Of a stretch of DNA of 64,000 nucleotides, positions 8,000-18,265 are shown in pieces. Position numbers and translations under genes: made by a program. The notes below the pieces were generated by a model. That model searched no databases, was not told the origin of the DNA, and saw nothing but the letters and a program-made list of their open reading frames with translations. Positions within the stretch are counted from its first letter, which is position 1. The number at the start of each line of letters is the position of its first letter. Source of the stretch: an uncultured Chitinophagaceae bacterium (lineage in GTDB: Bacteria; Bacteroidota; Bacteroidia; Chitinophagales; Chitinophagaceae); the NCBI GenBank assembly GCA_937900675.1, contig CALCEA010000113.1:5455-69454 (forward strand), written 5' to 3'.

Positions 8000-10750
8000 T
8001 TATATAACGATATTAATCATTTTCCCTTTTACAAAAATCAATTTTTTCAAAGGCTTATCTTCTACCCACTTTTGGATAGTCGCATTAGCCAATACAATCT
8101 CTTTTACTTGTTCTTCTGTAGCATCCAATGCAATAGAGATATTTACTCTAACTTTTCCATTGATACTTACAGGATACTCTTTGCTAGACTCTACTACATA
8201 CTTTGATTCAAATACAGGAAATGGAGCATCTACAATCAAACCTTTATTTCCAATCAATGCCCATAATTCCTCTGCAAAATGCGGAGCATACGGCGTAATC
8301 AAGATCAATACTTGTTCTAGTATCTCTTTTTTATGACAGCCAATATCATACAATTCATTAATACAAATCATGAAAGTACTTACTGCTGTATTAAAACTAT
8401 AGCGTTCTGTATCTTCCTCAATCTTCTTGATGGTTTTATGTAAGATCTTGTACTCTTCATTGGTTGGAGTTTCATTGACCCATACCTGACCCTTCATTTC
8501 ATCGTAAAATAAACGCCAGAATTTCTTGATAAATCTATGCACCCCTTCAATACCTTTTGTATCCCATGGTTTGCTTTGTTCAACTGGACCAAGGAACATT
8601 TCATACATTCTAAATGTATCAGCACCATACTTGTTTACCAAATCATCAGGGTTTACTGTGTTGAATTTAGACTTAGACATTTTCTCTACTTCAACACCGC
8701 AGATATATTTTCCATCTTCTAATTCAAATGTAGCATTGGCATAATCTGGCTTCCACTTTTTAAATGCTTCTGTATCTAATTCTACTCCATCTACAATATT
8801 CACATCCACATGCAATTGATCTACTTCTTGTGATCCAATTAATCCTGCAGATACAAAAACCTGTGTACCTCTTTTACGATACACAAATCTTGAACTTCCT
8901 TGAATCATACCCTGATTCAATAATTTTTTATAGGGCTCGTCAAAACCTATATGTCCCAAATCATACATTACTTTGGTCCACATTCTACTGTACAATAAAT
9001 GTCCAACAGCATGTTCTGTACCACCAATGTATAAATCTACCTGTCCCCAATAATCACTTGCTTTTCGACCACAAAATTCATTAGCATTAGTAGGGTCCAT
9101 ATATCTTAAAAAATACCAACTGCTTCCAGCATAACCCGGCATGGTATTGGTTTCATAATTAGCAGCTTTCCAAGTATCAATATTGGCTAATGGCCCCTCT
9201 CCTTCTGGACCAGGTCCATAATGATCTACATTAGGCAATACCAATGGTAATTCATTTTCTGATAAAGGATACGCTATACCATTGATCCATTTAATTGGAA
9301 ATGGTTCGCCCCAATATCGTTGTCTACTAAATGCAGCGTCACGCATTTTATAATTTACTTTGCGCTTACCAATACCCATTTCCTCTATCTTATCATTCAC
9401 AATTGCAATGGCGTCTTTTTGAACAATGCCGTTTAAAAAATCGCTGTTGCACAATTTTGCTTCCTTTGTAGGATTAGCTTCATTTCCATTAAATGCCTCT
9501 CCAATGATATTGGTAATAGGAATATTAAAATGTTGCGCAAATTTAAAGTCTCTATCATCTCCGCAAGGAACCGCCATAATGGCCCCAGTGCCATAACCTG
9601 CTAATACATATTCAGAAATCCAAACTGGAATAGCTTGTTGATTAAAAGGATTAACTACATAAGCTCCGGTAAAGCAACCTGTAATTTTTTTCTCCGCAAT
9701 TCTTTCTCTTTCGCTTCTGCTTTTTACATAAGCAATATAATTCGCAACCTCCGCTTGATGAGATGCTGGTGTAATTTTTTCAATCAATTCATGCTCTGGC
9801 GCAACTACCATAAAGTCAACACCAAAAACGGTATCAGGTCTTGTGGTATATACTTTTAATACCTGATCCGTACCTTGAACTTTAAAATCTATTTCAGCAC
9901 CATAGCTTTTGCCAATCCAATTAGATTGCATCTCTTTCATGGCATCACTAAACTGAATAGTATCCAGTCCAGTCAATAATCTATCTGCATATTCAGTAAT
10001 TCTCAAATACCATTGACGCAATTTTTTCTTCTCCACTGGATGCCCTCCTCTCTCACTAAAACCATTGATCACTTCGTCATTCGCCAAAACCGTACCCAAA
10101 GCCTCACACCAATTCACTTCGCCGTATCCACAAAAAGCTAAGCGATACTGCATCAAAATATCTTGTTGTTCTTTTTCACTCATAGATTTCCAAGCAGCTG
10201 CATCAAATTGAAGCTTTGCATTTCCTGGACATTCATGTGAAAGATTTCCTTCTTTTTCAAATGCTGCAATTAATTGAGCAATAGGAGTAGCTTTTTGAGC
10301 TGCTCTATCATAATATGCATTGAATAATTGTAAGAAAATCCATTGAGTCCATTTGTAATAGGTGGCATCGCAGGTTCTTACTTCTCTATCCCAATCATAA
10401 CAAAATCCTATATTATCTAATTGCTTTCTGAAATTATCAATATTCCCGTGGGTGCTTTTTGCAGGATGTACCCCATGCTCTATAGCATATTGTTCTGCAG
10501 GTAATCCAAATGCATCATAACCCATAGGATGCAAAACATTGAATCCTTTTAAACGCTTATATCTACTGTAAATATCTGAAGCAATATAACCCAAAGGATG
10601 CCCTACATGCAAACCAGCACCACTTGGATAAGGGAACATGTCCAATACATAACACTTAGGTTTATCAGAATTATTAGAAACCTGATACGCTTTTTGAACC
10701 TTCCATTGATCCTGCCATTTTTTCTCTATGGCCCTAAATTGATACTCCAT
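8000..10750 (-). CDS. leuS: leucine--tRNA ligase
   Basis: 916 aa. HIGH-type motif (HVGHPLGY) and KMSKS (EKMSKSKFN). Length and order typical of bacterial LeuS. Confidence 0.97.
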   Translation of the reverse strand: MEYQFRAIEKKWQDQWKVQKAYQVSNNSDKPKCYVLDMFPYPSGAGLHVGHPLGYIASDIYSRYKRLKGFNVLHPMGYDAFGLPAEQYAIEHGVHPAKSTHGNIDNFRKQLDNIGFCYDWDREVRTCDATYYKWTQWIFLQLFNAYYDRAAQKATPIAQLIAAFEKEGNLSHECPGNAKLQFDAAAWKSMSEKEQQDILMQYRLAFCGYGEVNWCEALGTVLANDEVINGFSERGGHPVEKKKLRQWYLRITEYADRLLTGLDTIQFSDAMKEMQSNWIGKSYGAEIDFKVQGTDQVLKVYTTRPDTVFGVDFMVVAPEHELIEKITPASHQAEVANYIAYVKSRSERERIAEKKITGCFTGAYVVNPFNQQAIPVWISEYVLAGYGTGAIMAVPCGDDRDFKFAQHFNIPITNIIGEAFNGNEANPTKEAKLCNSDFLNGIVQKDAIAIVNDKIEEMGIGKRKVNYKMRDAAFSRQRYWGEPFPIKWINGIAYPLSENELPLVLPNVDHYGPGPEGEGPLANIDTWKAANYETNTMPGYAGSSWYFLRYMDPTNANEFCGRKASDYWGQVDLYIGGTEHAVGHLLYSRMWTKVMYDLGHIGFDEPYKKLLNQGMIQGSSRFVYRKRGTQVFVSAGLIGSQEVDQLHVDVNIVDGVELDTEAFKKWKPDYANATFELEDGKYICGVEVEKMSKSKFNTVNPDDLVNKYGADTFRMYEMFLGPVEQSKPWDTKGIEGVHRFIKKFWRLFYDEMKGQVWVNETPTNEEYKILHKTIKKIEEDTERYSFNTAVSTFMICINELYDIGCHKKEILEQVLILITPYAPHFAEELWALIGNKGLIVDAPFPVFESKYVVESSKEYPVSINGKVRVNISIALDATEEQVKEIVLANATIQKWVEDKPLKKLIFVKGKMINIVI

Positions 10751-10814
10751 TTCTTAAATTATCTTAAAAATTCTATGATAGCCCTATTTTTGACTAAATT
10801 TTGGCTAATTCAGC

Positions 10815-10861
10815 CTTTGCAAATGTAAGTCTTTAGCGCTCAAAACCCTACATTTGCAAAG
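10815..10861. promoter_or_regulatory. perfect 13-bp inverted repeat CTTTGCAAATGTA / TACATTTGCAAAG carrying two divergent TACATTTG (TAnnTTTG) -7 boxes for leuS and ftsX
   Basis: Arms at 10815..10827 and 10849..10861, 21-nt spacer. Each arm read toward its gene contains TACATTTG. The ftsX ATG is 28 nt downstream of the right box and the leuS ATG about 70 nt downstream of the left box. Confidence 0.5.
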
Positions 10862-10884
10862 CGAACCAGTAAAATTTTAATACT

Positions 10885-11760
10885 ATGGCAGGAACCAACT
10901 CCGCATCTTTAAAACGCAGTAAACCCAACTATATCTATAGCATTATTGGGGTGGCGATTGTACTGTTTATAATGGGCATTATGGGGTGGTTATTCTTAAA
11001 CCTTCGTACCATCGGAGACAATTTCAAAGAAGACATTAGAATTAGTGTTTATTTAAAGGGCACTGACAAAAATACCATCGGCAAATTACAGGCATTTATT
11101 GCAGGTCAACCCTACGCAAAAAATGTAGAATATGTAGACAAGGAAAAAGCAAAAGCAATTTGGAACGCCGAGAACAGCGAAGATTGGGCAAAAATTTTAG
11201 ATGTGAATCCGCTTCCAGAAAGTGTTGACTTTTTCGCCAAAGCTCAATATGTTAACCCTGATAGTTTAAGTAAAATAACTACAAATATTGGTGCTCAATT
11301 TAAAAATGATATAGCGGATATTCAATACCCTAAAAGTTTGGTTTCTAGCTTAAACGAAAGAGCTGCAAAAGTGGGTATCATCTTTTTAGTAATGTCTATT
11401 ATTTTATGTGTGATTGTAATTGTAAGTATCGATAATACCATTAGACTTGCTATGTTCAGTAATCGCTTCTTGATCAAAACCATGCAAATGGTGGGTGCCA
11501 CAAGAAGCTTTATATCAAAGCCATTAGTGATTCGTGCACTCATCAATGGTTTAATCAGTGCAGGCATTGCCTTAGTTGTATTATTTGGTTTAATTCAATG
11601 GACTGCATCACAATTTCCACAAATTCAAACCTTACAAGGTGTAGGCAATAACCTGATCTTATTTTTTGGTTTGATTATTGTCGGGGTAGGTATTTCTGTG
11701 TTAAGTACTTACAGAAGTGTGGTGAAATATTTAAAAATGAAACTAGACGAACTTTATTAA
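10885..11760 (+). CDS. ftsX: cell division permease-like protein FtsX
   Basis: 291 aa. N-terminal TM helix, periplasmic domain, then three C-terminal TM helices (FtsX fold). No ftsE is adjacent. Confidence 0.8.
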   Translation: MAGTNSASLKRSKPNYIYSIIGVAIVLFIMGIMGWLFLNLRTIGDNFKEDIRISVYLKGTDKNTIGKLQAFIAGQPYAKNVEYVDKEKAKAIWNAENSEDWAKILDVNPLPESVDFFAKAQYVNPDSLSKITTNIGAQFKNDIADIQYPKSLVSSLNERAAKVGIIFLVMSIILCVIVIVSIDNTIRLAMFSNRFLIKTMQMVGATRSFISKPLVIRALINGLISAGIALVVLFGLIQWTASQFPQIQTLQGVGNNLILFFGLIIVGVGISVLSTYRSVVKYLKMKLDELY

Positions 11761-11770
11761 AATTTATATC

Positions 11771-12010
11771 ATGAATCAACCTAAGGATAAAAAATCATTA
11801 CAGTTTTTTGGCAAATCCAACTATACATGGATGCTTATTGGTGCAGCATGTATTGTTATTGGTATGTTATTAATGTCGGGAGGCAAGAGTCCTAATCCAG
11901 ATGTGTTCGACCCTAATGAAGTGTATAGCTTTAGAAGAATTACTTTAGCTCCAATTGTTATTATTATTGGCTTTGTTATTGAGATCTACGCCATCTTCAA
12001 AAAAGACTAA
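11771..12010 (+). CDS. DUF3098-family small membrane protein
   Basis: 79 aa with two TM helices. The N-terminal KSNYTWMLIGAACIVIGMLLMSGG pattern and its position between ftsX and uppP are as commonly seen in Bacteroidetes. Confidence 0.65.
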   Translation: MNQPKDKKSLQFFGKSNYTWMLIGAACIVIGMLLMSGGKSPNPDVFDPNEVYSFRRITLAPIVIIIGFVIEIYAIFKKD

Positions 12011-12013
12011 GAG

Positions 12014-12814
12014 ATGAATCAATTTCAAGCTATTATCATTGCCATCATTGAAGGCATAACAGAATTTTTGCCTATTTCTAGCACTGCACATATGAAATTT
12101 GCGAACCCAATTTTGGGCATTGCAGATAGTCCATTTGTTGATTTATTTGAAATTGTCATTCAATTTGCTGCCATTGCATCTGTATTAATTATTTATAGAA
12201 AACAATTTTTCAATTTTAGACAGATTAGTTTCTATTTAAAATTAATCGTAGCAGTAATTCCTGCTTTAATTTTTGGAGCTGCATTAAAAAAATATATTGA
12301 TGCTGCATTAAATAATTTGACCACTATAGCAATTGTGATGGTGGCGGGTGGTGTTATATTATTATTCATTGACAGAATTTTCAAGTCAAATGAAATGTCT
12401 ATCAACGAAGAAAAAGAACAATCCTACAAGACTTCTTTTATCATTGGATGTTTTCAGGTATTGTCTATTTTATTTCCTGGACTAAGCAGAAGTGCCGCAA
12501 CCATTATTGGTGGTATGTCACAAAAGTTAACCAAGAAAGCGGCAGCAGAATTCTCCTTCTTTTTAGCAGTGCCCACCATGTTGGCCGCATCTGCAAAAAG
12601 CACATTAGATGTGTACCAATCCAATCCGGAAGTTTTTGCATCAGACAATCTTTTCACTTTAACTATTGGTGCTATTGTAGCATTTATTGTTGCATTATTA
12701 TCGGTTCAATTCTTTATTAAAATAGTCCAAAAGCAAGGTTTTGCTTTGTTTGGTTGGTATCGTATTATCTTAGGAACTGCTCTTTTGGTTCTTATCTACA
12801 ATCATTGGATCTAA
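12014..12814 (+). CDS. uppP: undecaprenyl-diphosphate phosphatase
   Basis: 266 aa polytopic protein. Contains the EGITEFLPISSTAH motif and the second conserved PGLSRSAATI motif of the BacA/UppP family. Confidence 0.93.
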   Translation: MNQFQAIIIAIIEGITEFLPISSTAHMKFANPILGIADSPFVDLFEIVIQFAAIASVLIIYRKQFFNFRQISFYLKLIVAVIPALIFGAALKKYIDAALNNLTTIAIVMVAGGVILLFIDRIFKSNEMSINEEKEQSYKTSFIIGCFQVLSILFPGLSRSAATIIGGMSQKLTKKAAAEFSFFLAVPTMLAASAKSTLDVYQSNPEVFASDNLFTLTIGAIVAFIVALLSVQFFIKIVQKQGFALFGWYRIILGTALLVLIYNHWI

Positions 12815-12856
12815 TCTTGCTATTTTCTTTGTATTTTTAGAAACAAACGAAAAGCT

Positions 12857-14167
12857 ATGCAAACTGCCTCTAAAAAAGTAGTCAATGGATGGGCCATGTA
12901 TGATTGGGCCAATAGTGTTTATAATTTAGTCATCACTTCTACCATTTTCCCTGCTTATTATGAAGCCATCACCGGAGATGGGAATGAAAATACTTTAATT
13001 GATAAAGTGAAAATTGGTTCTTATGAATTTACCAATACAGCTTTGTATAATTATGTCTTAGCAATTGCATTTGTAATTGTAGCATTGATGTCACCTATTT
13101 TATCTTCCATTGCTGACTATAAAGGAAACAAGAAACAGTTTTTAAGATTCTTCTGTACCATGGGAAGTCTCTCTTGTGCTTCTTTATATTTTTTTGACAG
13201 TGATCATATTATAGGAGGACTCATCTCTGTAATCATTGCCTGTGTAGGTTTTTGGAGCAGCTTAGTTTTTTACAATTCTTACTTACCAGAAATCGCAGCA
13301 CCTGAAGATAGAGACCGTATTAGTGCCAAAGGTTTTATGATGGGCTATATCGGCTCTGTTTTATTACAGATCATTTGCTTTGTATTTGTATTAAAGCCTG
13401 ATCTATTTGGTATCACCGTGGGCAAAGCTTCTCAAATATCTTTTCTATTAGTGGGAATTTGGTGGGTAGGATTTGGCTGGATGGCCATTGGTAGATTGCC
13501 TAATGGATTGCATATTGCTAGTGGTAAAAAGCAAGAAAATATTTTCACTTCGGGATACAAGGAATTACATAAAGTATGGAAACAATTAATGCACCTGCCT
13601 TTATTGAAAAGATTTTTAGGGGCATTTTTCTTTTACAATATGGGCGTTCAAACAGTGATGTTGGCAGCAACCCTTTATGGAAAAAGCGAATTGAATATCC
13701 CTACCACCAATTTAATTATTGCGATACTCATTATTCAAATTGTAGCCATCCCTGGAGCTAATTTAATGGCCAAATTGGCTACCTCTTGGGGCAATTTTAA
13801 TACTTTGATGGTAGCGGTGCTTATTTGGATTGGAGGATGTATAATGGGTTATTTATTACCTAGAAACGATGTGTATTTGTTTTATGTTTTAGCCGTGATT
13901 GTTGGATTTGTAATGGGCGGAATACAATCAGTAAGTAGAAGCACATATTCAAAATTAATGCCAGTTACTTACGATACAGCCAGCTTTTTCAGCTTCTTTG
14001 ATGTTACAGAAAAAATTGCCATTGTAATTGGTATGTTTAGCTTTGGCTTTATCAATGAATTGACGGGATCGCAAAGAAACTCTGTACTAGTATTAGGTAG
14101 CTTCTTTATAATTGGTTTAATTTTGTTGTATAGAACAGCACAATATCAAAAAAATGCAACTACATAG
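12857..14167 (+). CDS. MFS transporter, UMF1/Atg22-like family
   Basis: 436 aa, about 12 TM segments. N-terminal GWAMYDWANSVY motif characteristic of UMF1-family MFS proteins. Confidence 0.75.
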   Translation: MQTASKKVVNGWAMYDWANSVYNLVITSTIFPAYYEAITGDGNENTLIDKVKIGSYEFTNTALYNYVLAIAFVIVALMSPILSSIADYKGNKKQFLRFFCTMGSLSCASLYFFDSDHIIGGLISVIIACVGFWSSLVFYNSYLPEIAAPEDRDRISAKGFMMGYIGSVLLQIICFVFVLKPDLFGITVGKASQISFLLVGIWWVGFGWMAIGRLPNGLHIASGKKQENIFTSGYKELHKVWKQLMHLPLLKRFLGAFFFYNMGVQTVMLAATLYGKSELNIPTTNLIIAILIIQIVAIPGANLMAKLATSWGNFNTLMVAVLIWIGGCIMGYLLPRNDVYLFYVLAVIVGFVMGGIQSVSRSTYSKLMPVTYDTASFFSFFDVTEKIAIVIGMFSFGFINELTGSQRNSVLVLGSFFIIGLILLYRTAQYQKNATT

Positions 14168-15026
14168 TATACATACTGGAAATTTTAAATTAGATGGCGG
14201 TGCCATGTTTGGCGTAGTTCCAAAACTGATTTGGAATAAATTGAATCCCGCAGATGAAAATAATTTATGCAATTGGGCACTCAGATGTTTATTGGTGATT
14301 GAAGGAGATCGAAAAATTTTGATTGATACTGGTATGGGCGATAAACAAGATGAAAAGTTTATGGGACATTACCATTTAAGTAATACACAGACATTAGCAT
14401 CCTGTTTGGCAAAACTGGAATTAGGAATGGATGATATTACAGATGTATTGTTAACCCATTTACATTTTGATCATGTGGGTGGTGCTGTTTGTATCAAAGA
14501 CAATCAATTAAGCTTAAGCTTTCCAAAAGCAACTTATTGGGTAAGCGAGCCGCAATGGGAAACTGCTCAACACCCTAATAGAAGAGAAAGAGCCTCTTTC
14601 TTAAAAGAGAATATTGATCCATTATTAGCAAGTGGACAGTTAAAAATAATTAGTTTGCCTCCTTTTCAAAGTAATGATAGTTTACAAACCATACACTTTA
14701 CAAAATCCATCAGTTGTATTGTAGTCAATGGACATACTCAAGGTATGTTATTACCTAAGATCCAATACAACAATCAAACTTTAGTGTACATGGCTGACTT
14801 GCTTCCATCCATAAGTCATATTCCCCTGCCTTATGTGATGGGCTATGATATGCAACCATTACTTACATTAAATGAAAAAGACCTATTCTTACAAGAAGCA
14901 TTGAAGAATAATTATCAATTATTCTTTGAACACGACCCAGTAAATGAAACTTGTAATTTAGAAATGACAGAAAAGGGAATTAGAGCTGGAAAAACCAGTA
15001 CGCTGTCTGAATGGTTATTGAACTAA
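14154..15026 (+). CDS. MBL-fold metallo-hydrolase
   Basis: 290 aa. Contains THLHFDHVGG (HxHxDH) and N-terminal LDGGAMFGVVPK. Its start overlaps the MFS gene end by 14 nt. Confidence 0.85.
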   Translation: MQLHSIHTGNFKLDGGAMFGVVPKLIWNKLNPADENNLCNWALRCLLVIEGDRKILIDTGMGDKQDEKFMGHYHLSNTQTLASCLAKLELGMDDITDVLLTHLHFDHVGGAVCIKDNQLSLSFPKATYWVSEPQWETAQHPNRRERASFLKENIDPLLASGQLKIISLPPFQSNDSLQTIHFTKSISCIVVNGHTQGMLLPKIQYNNQTLVYMADLLPSISHIPLPYVMGYDMQPLLTLNEKDLFLQEALKNNYQLFFEHDPVNETCNLEMTEKGIRAGKTSTLSEWLLN

Positions 15027-15803
15027 CTCAATCAAAGAGTTTAGAGGGTGTCTTAAATTTTCATAACCCACCATATCCACTTTAATATTGCCCACTATAA
15101 TAGGTGTTTGAATTCTTACCGGTATGTGATTGGCATCATCCGTTACCCAAATAGTCATCTGTTCTCCACCTTTAAACATAGACCCCTTCACCAATAATGG
15201 GGCTAATTTGATTGCTTTAAAAGTACCGTATTGTGTAGTAACCTGCTCCTTTCCTAAATATTTAAAATAAGATGGATACAATTCTTTATCTAAAAAGAAA
15301 TTCAAATATACTTTTTCATTGAGTTGTAAATTATCGAAACTAATATTTCTAGCCGCGTAAATTGCACTAATCACATCATAAGTACAATCAAAGGTTGGAT
15401 AAGTATTACCTAATGTAGTTGCACTCTTAGCTTTTTGATTAAAACTAATCAAATCAGTTTGGTGAAAACTTCCCTCATTTATATTTCTTGTAAACTGATA
15501 AGGTAAAAGTGTTTTAACATCTACAATAGATTCATAAACATCTCTTACTTTAAATATCCAATCGTATTTGCTATTGGATTTTCCAATAGCTCTAAAAGTA
15601 TAGGTATCTTTTCCTTCAAAGCTGCTCAACTGGGTGGTAAACTCTGCTTTCCCAGCACTTACATAAATACCAATTACATTATAATAGATACTGTATTTGA
15701 TTTTTTCGCCTTCTTTATAAGAAGTATTGGGCTGCCTACAAATATTATTATCTGCGGGTATGAAAAAAGAAATAAGCGTAAAAAATAATTGAATAAATAG
15801 CAT
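15015..15803 (-). CDS. DUF3108-family protein with N-terminal hydrophobic signal-like segment
   Basis: 262 aa. N-terminal hydrophobic leader, beta-rich sequence with the YSIYYNVIGIYVSAGKAEF pattern typical of DUF3108. Overlaps the MBL gene tail-to-tail by 12 nt. Confidence 0.6.
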   Translation of the reverse strand: MLFIQLFFTLISFFIPADNNICRQPNTSYKEGEKIKYSIYYNVIGIYVSAGKAEFTTQLSSFEGKDTYTFRAIGKSNSKYDWIFKVRDVYESIVDVKTLLPYQFTRNINEGSFHQTDLISFNQKAKSATTLGNTYPTFDCTYDVISAIYAARNISFDNLQLNEKVYLNFFLDKELYPSYFKYLGKEQVTTQYGTFKAIKLAPLLVKGSMFKGGEQMTIWVTDDANHIPVRIQTPIIVGNIKVDMVGYENLRHPLNSLIELVQ

Positions 15804-15817
15804 GAGGTTCCTTAAAG

Positions 15818-16735
15818 TTATTGCTTTAATCTAAAACCCAACAATAAAAAAGCCCCTATAATAGCAGGTAACAAAAAATTAACGGCCCAGATGATGGTTG
15901 ATAAAGAGATCAACATCAAGCTATTTTGACAAAAAGGTGATAATAGCAATAAAATAAGTTGTCCTCTTATCACTAATTCTGTGATACTAATGGTAGGTAC
16001 TATACTTAAACTTAAGAACATCACAGCCAAGCCCAACCAAAGCGCTATATATGGAATAGGAATATTTAATATATGTGCAGCCCAAGTGTATTGCATCAAA
16101 TACACGCTATATCTTAAAAAGGATAAGGCTAGTAATTTCTTTTTGACCTGGATTTCAATTTGTAAAAAATTGAAGGATTTTAAAAAACCTGAAAAAGTAA
16201 CTTTATGGAAATACACTATCAATGCAAAAATGAGTAGTAATGGGGTTGCCCATTTTAACCATGATAAAAAAGGTGGATTGATGTAAATTGCAATAGCTCC
16301 CATAATAATGGTTACTATCATTTGTGCATAAGAAGCCCATGCCATTCTACCTAATGCTATAACTTTTTTTTCAGTATCTAACATCATTGTTCTTCCAACA
16401 TATTCTCCTATTCTATTGGGAGTATAAAATGCAAATGCCTGACCAACAAAAACACTTTTCAAAGATGTAAGCATATTTATTTTGATGTCAGATTTTAATA
16501 CAATTTTCCATTTGTAAGATTCAATTAGAAAATTCAGTAGCATCAAAAGAAATAGTATAAACCATTGATGAAAAACAATTTTTTGAAATTGAATACTCAT
16601 TTCTGTTCCATATTGAACAATATTCTGATTAGTACCCACTTCTTTATAAATAGCAACACTACAAATAATAAATAAAAAAATACCAACTCCTTTTTTTGCA
16701 AGGGCAAACATTTTATTGGCAGTAGTAGATAACAT
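15818..16735 (-). CDS. lysylphosphatidylglycerol-synthase-TM-like (flippase-like domain) membrane protein
   Basis: 305 aa, about 8 TM helices. Family assignment rests on general resemblance only (polytopic, conserved PNRIGEYVGR loop). Confidence 0.55.
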   Translation of the reverse strand: MLSTTANKMFALAKKGVGIFLFIICSVAIYKEVGTNQNIVQYGTEMSIQFQKIVFHQWFILFLLMLLNFLIESYKWKIVLKSDIKINMLTSLKSVFVGQAFAFYTPNRIGEYVGRTMMLDTEKKVIALGRMAWASYAQMIVTIIMGAIAIYINPPFLSWLKWATPLLLIFALIVYFHKVTFSGFLKSFNFLQIEIQVKKKLLALSFLRYSVYLMQYTWAAHILNIPIPYIALWLGLAVMFLSLSIVPTISITELVIRGQLILLLLSPFCQNSLMLISLSTIIWAVNFLLPAIIGAFLLLGFRLKQ

Positions 16736-16783
16736 ATGCTATAAAGTTCGGAAATTGATATGATATATGTAACTTTATTCCAG

Positions 16784-17371
16784 ATGTCTACTACACCTAT
16801 AATTCTTGGAATAGATCCAGGCACACAAATACTTGGATATGCCCTTTTGAAAGGAGGTGCACAGCCCAGTCTAATCGAAATGGATGTTTTAAAACTTACC
16901 AAAGAAAAAGATATCTATGCTAGACTTCAATTGATTCATGCGAAAATTATTGAACTAATTGAGAAACATCATCCAACAGAATTTGCCATTGAAGCACCCT
17001 TTTTTGGTAAAAATGTACAAAGTATGCTGAAATTGGGTAGAGCCCAAGGTGTTGCTATTGCTGCTGCAATGCATTATGATTTACCTGTAGCAGAATATGC
17101 TCCTAAAAAAGTGAAGCAAGCAATAACGGGTAATGGCAATGCTGATAAAGAAATGATTTGGAAAATGCTAGAACGAGTGTTCAGCATCAAAAAACAGCCT
17201 AAATATTATGATGCAACAGACGCTTTAGCAGTAGCATTATGCCATCATCAACAAACCAGAGGTTTGATACTTCCTACAAAATCCGTGGTGAAAGGAAAAA
17301 AATCTGCTAAAAAAGCGAATAGTTGGAGCAATTTTATTGCTAAAAATCCTGAACGCATTCAGAAAAAATAA
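16784..17371 (+). CDS. ruvC: crossover junction endodeoxyribonuclease RuvC
   Basis: The ORF opens at 16760, but MSTTPIILGIDPG from the ATG at 16784 matches the usual RuvC N-terminus (ILGIDPG catalytic Asp). Basic C-terminal tail. Confidence 0.88.
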   Translation: MSTTPIILGIDPGTQILGYALLKGGAQPSLIEMDVLKLTKEKDIYARLQLIHAKIIELIEKHHPTEFAIEAPFFGKNVQSMLKLGRAQGVAIAAAMHYDLPVAEYAPKKVKQAITGNGNADKEMIWKMLERVFSIKKQPKYYDATDALAVALCHHQQTRGLILPTKSVVKGKKSAKKANSWSNFIAKNPERIQKK

Positions 17372-17376
17372 TGCAT

Positions 17377-17766
17377 TTATAAATGCTGACGAATACTTGC
17401 TTGAATGGATTTGAATTCTTCTACAGAAAAACTCAATTTAGGTGCTGCAAAATTGATATCATTTGCCCCATTGATTGGAATGAGGTGCATATGCGCATGA
17501 GGCACTTCTAATCCAACAGTTACCATACTGATTCTATTACAAGGAAAACTAGTCTCTATTGCTTTCGCTATAGGCTGAGCAAATACGAGCATTTCTGATA
17601 AATAACTAGAGGGCAGATCAAAAACTTTGTCTATCTCTATTTTAGGCACAACTAAGGTGTGCCCTTTTTGTAAAGGAGCAATATCTAAAAATGCATAAAA
17701 TAATTCCGACTCTGCAATTTTGTAGGAAGGAATCTCGCCTGCTATTATTTTAGAAAAAATAGTCAT
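17377..17766 (-). CDS. HIT-family nucleotide hydrolase/transferase
   Basis: 129 aa with the histidine triad HAHMHLIP. Confidence 0.9.
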   Translation of the reverse strand: MTIFSKIIAGEIPSYKIAESELFYAFLDIAPLQKGHTLVVPKIEIDKVFDLPSSYLSEMLVFAQPIAKAIETSFPCNRISMVTVGLEVPHAHMHLIPINGANDINFAAPKLSFSVEEFKSIQASIRQHL

Positions 17767-17769
17767 GTA

Positions 17770-18246
17770 CTAGACAGTGATATTATCAACCTTAAACTTC
17801 ATTGTACCATTAGGTGCTTGCACTTCGGCAATCTCCCCAACCTTCTTTCCCAATAATCCTTTTCCAATGGGTGAAGTAGCGGAAATTTTAGCAGCTTTTA
17901 AATCAGCTTCTTTTTCTCCAACAATTTGATAAGTGATAGTTTTATTGGTAGCTAAATTCGTAATAGTCACTTTGGTTAATATAGTTACTTTGCTAGTATC
18001 GATGGTACTAGTATCTACAATCTTTGCATTAGAAATAGTAGCTTCTAATTGTTTAATTTTTGCTTCCAACATGCCTTGTGCTTCTTTTGCAGAATCATAC
18101 TCGGCATTTTCTTTCAAATCTCCTTTTTCTCTAGCTTCAGCAATAGCTTTAGATGCAGCAGGACGATCTACCGATTTTAGCTTATGAAGCTCTTCACGCA
18201 TTTTATCAAATGTCTCCTGGGTTACGTAAGCATTAATTTCACTCAT
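17770..18246 (-). CDS. greA: transcription elongation factor GreA
   Basis: 158 aa. Coiled-coil N-terminal domain with GDLKENAEYDSAKE, plus a C-terminal FKBP-like domain. Confidence 0.95.
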   Translation of the reverse strand: MSEINAYVTQETFDKMREELHKLKSVDRPAASKAIAEAREKGDLKENAEYDSAKEAQGMLEAKIKQLEATISNAKIVDTSTIDTSKVTILTKVTITNLATNKTITYQIVGEKEADLKAAKISATSPIGKGLLGKKVGEIAEVQAPNGTMKFKVDNITV

Positions 18247-18265
18247 ATCCTTCTGTTTTGTCTAT

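Noticed and set aside
16597-16902. 101-aa minus-strand ORF spanning the divergent spacer between ruvC and the flippase-like gene
   Set aside because: It overlaps the 5-prime ends of two well-supported genes on both sides. The product has no features, so it is judged spurious.
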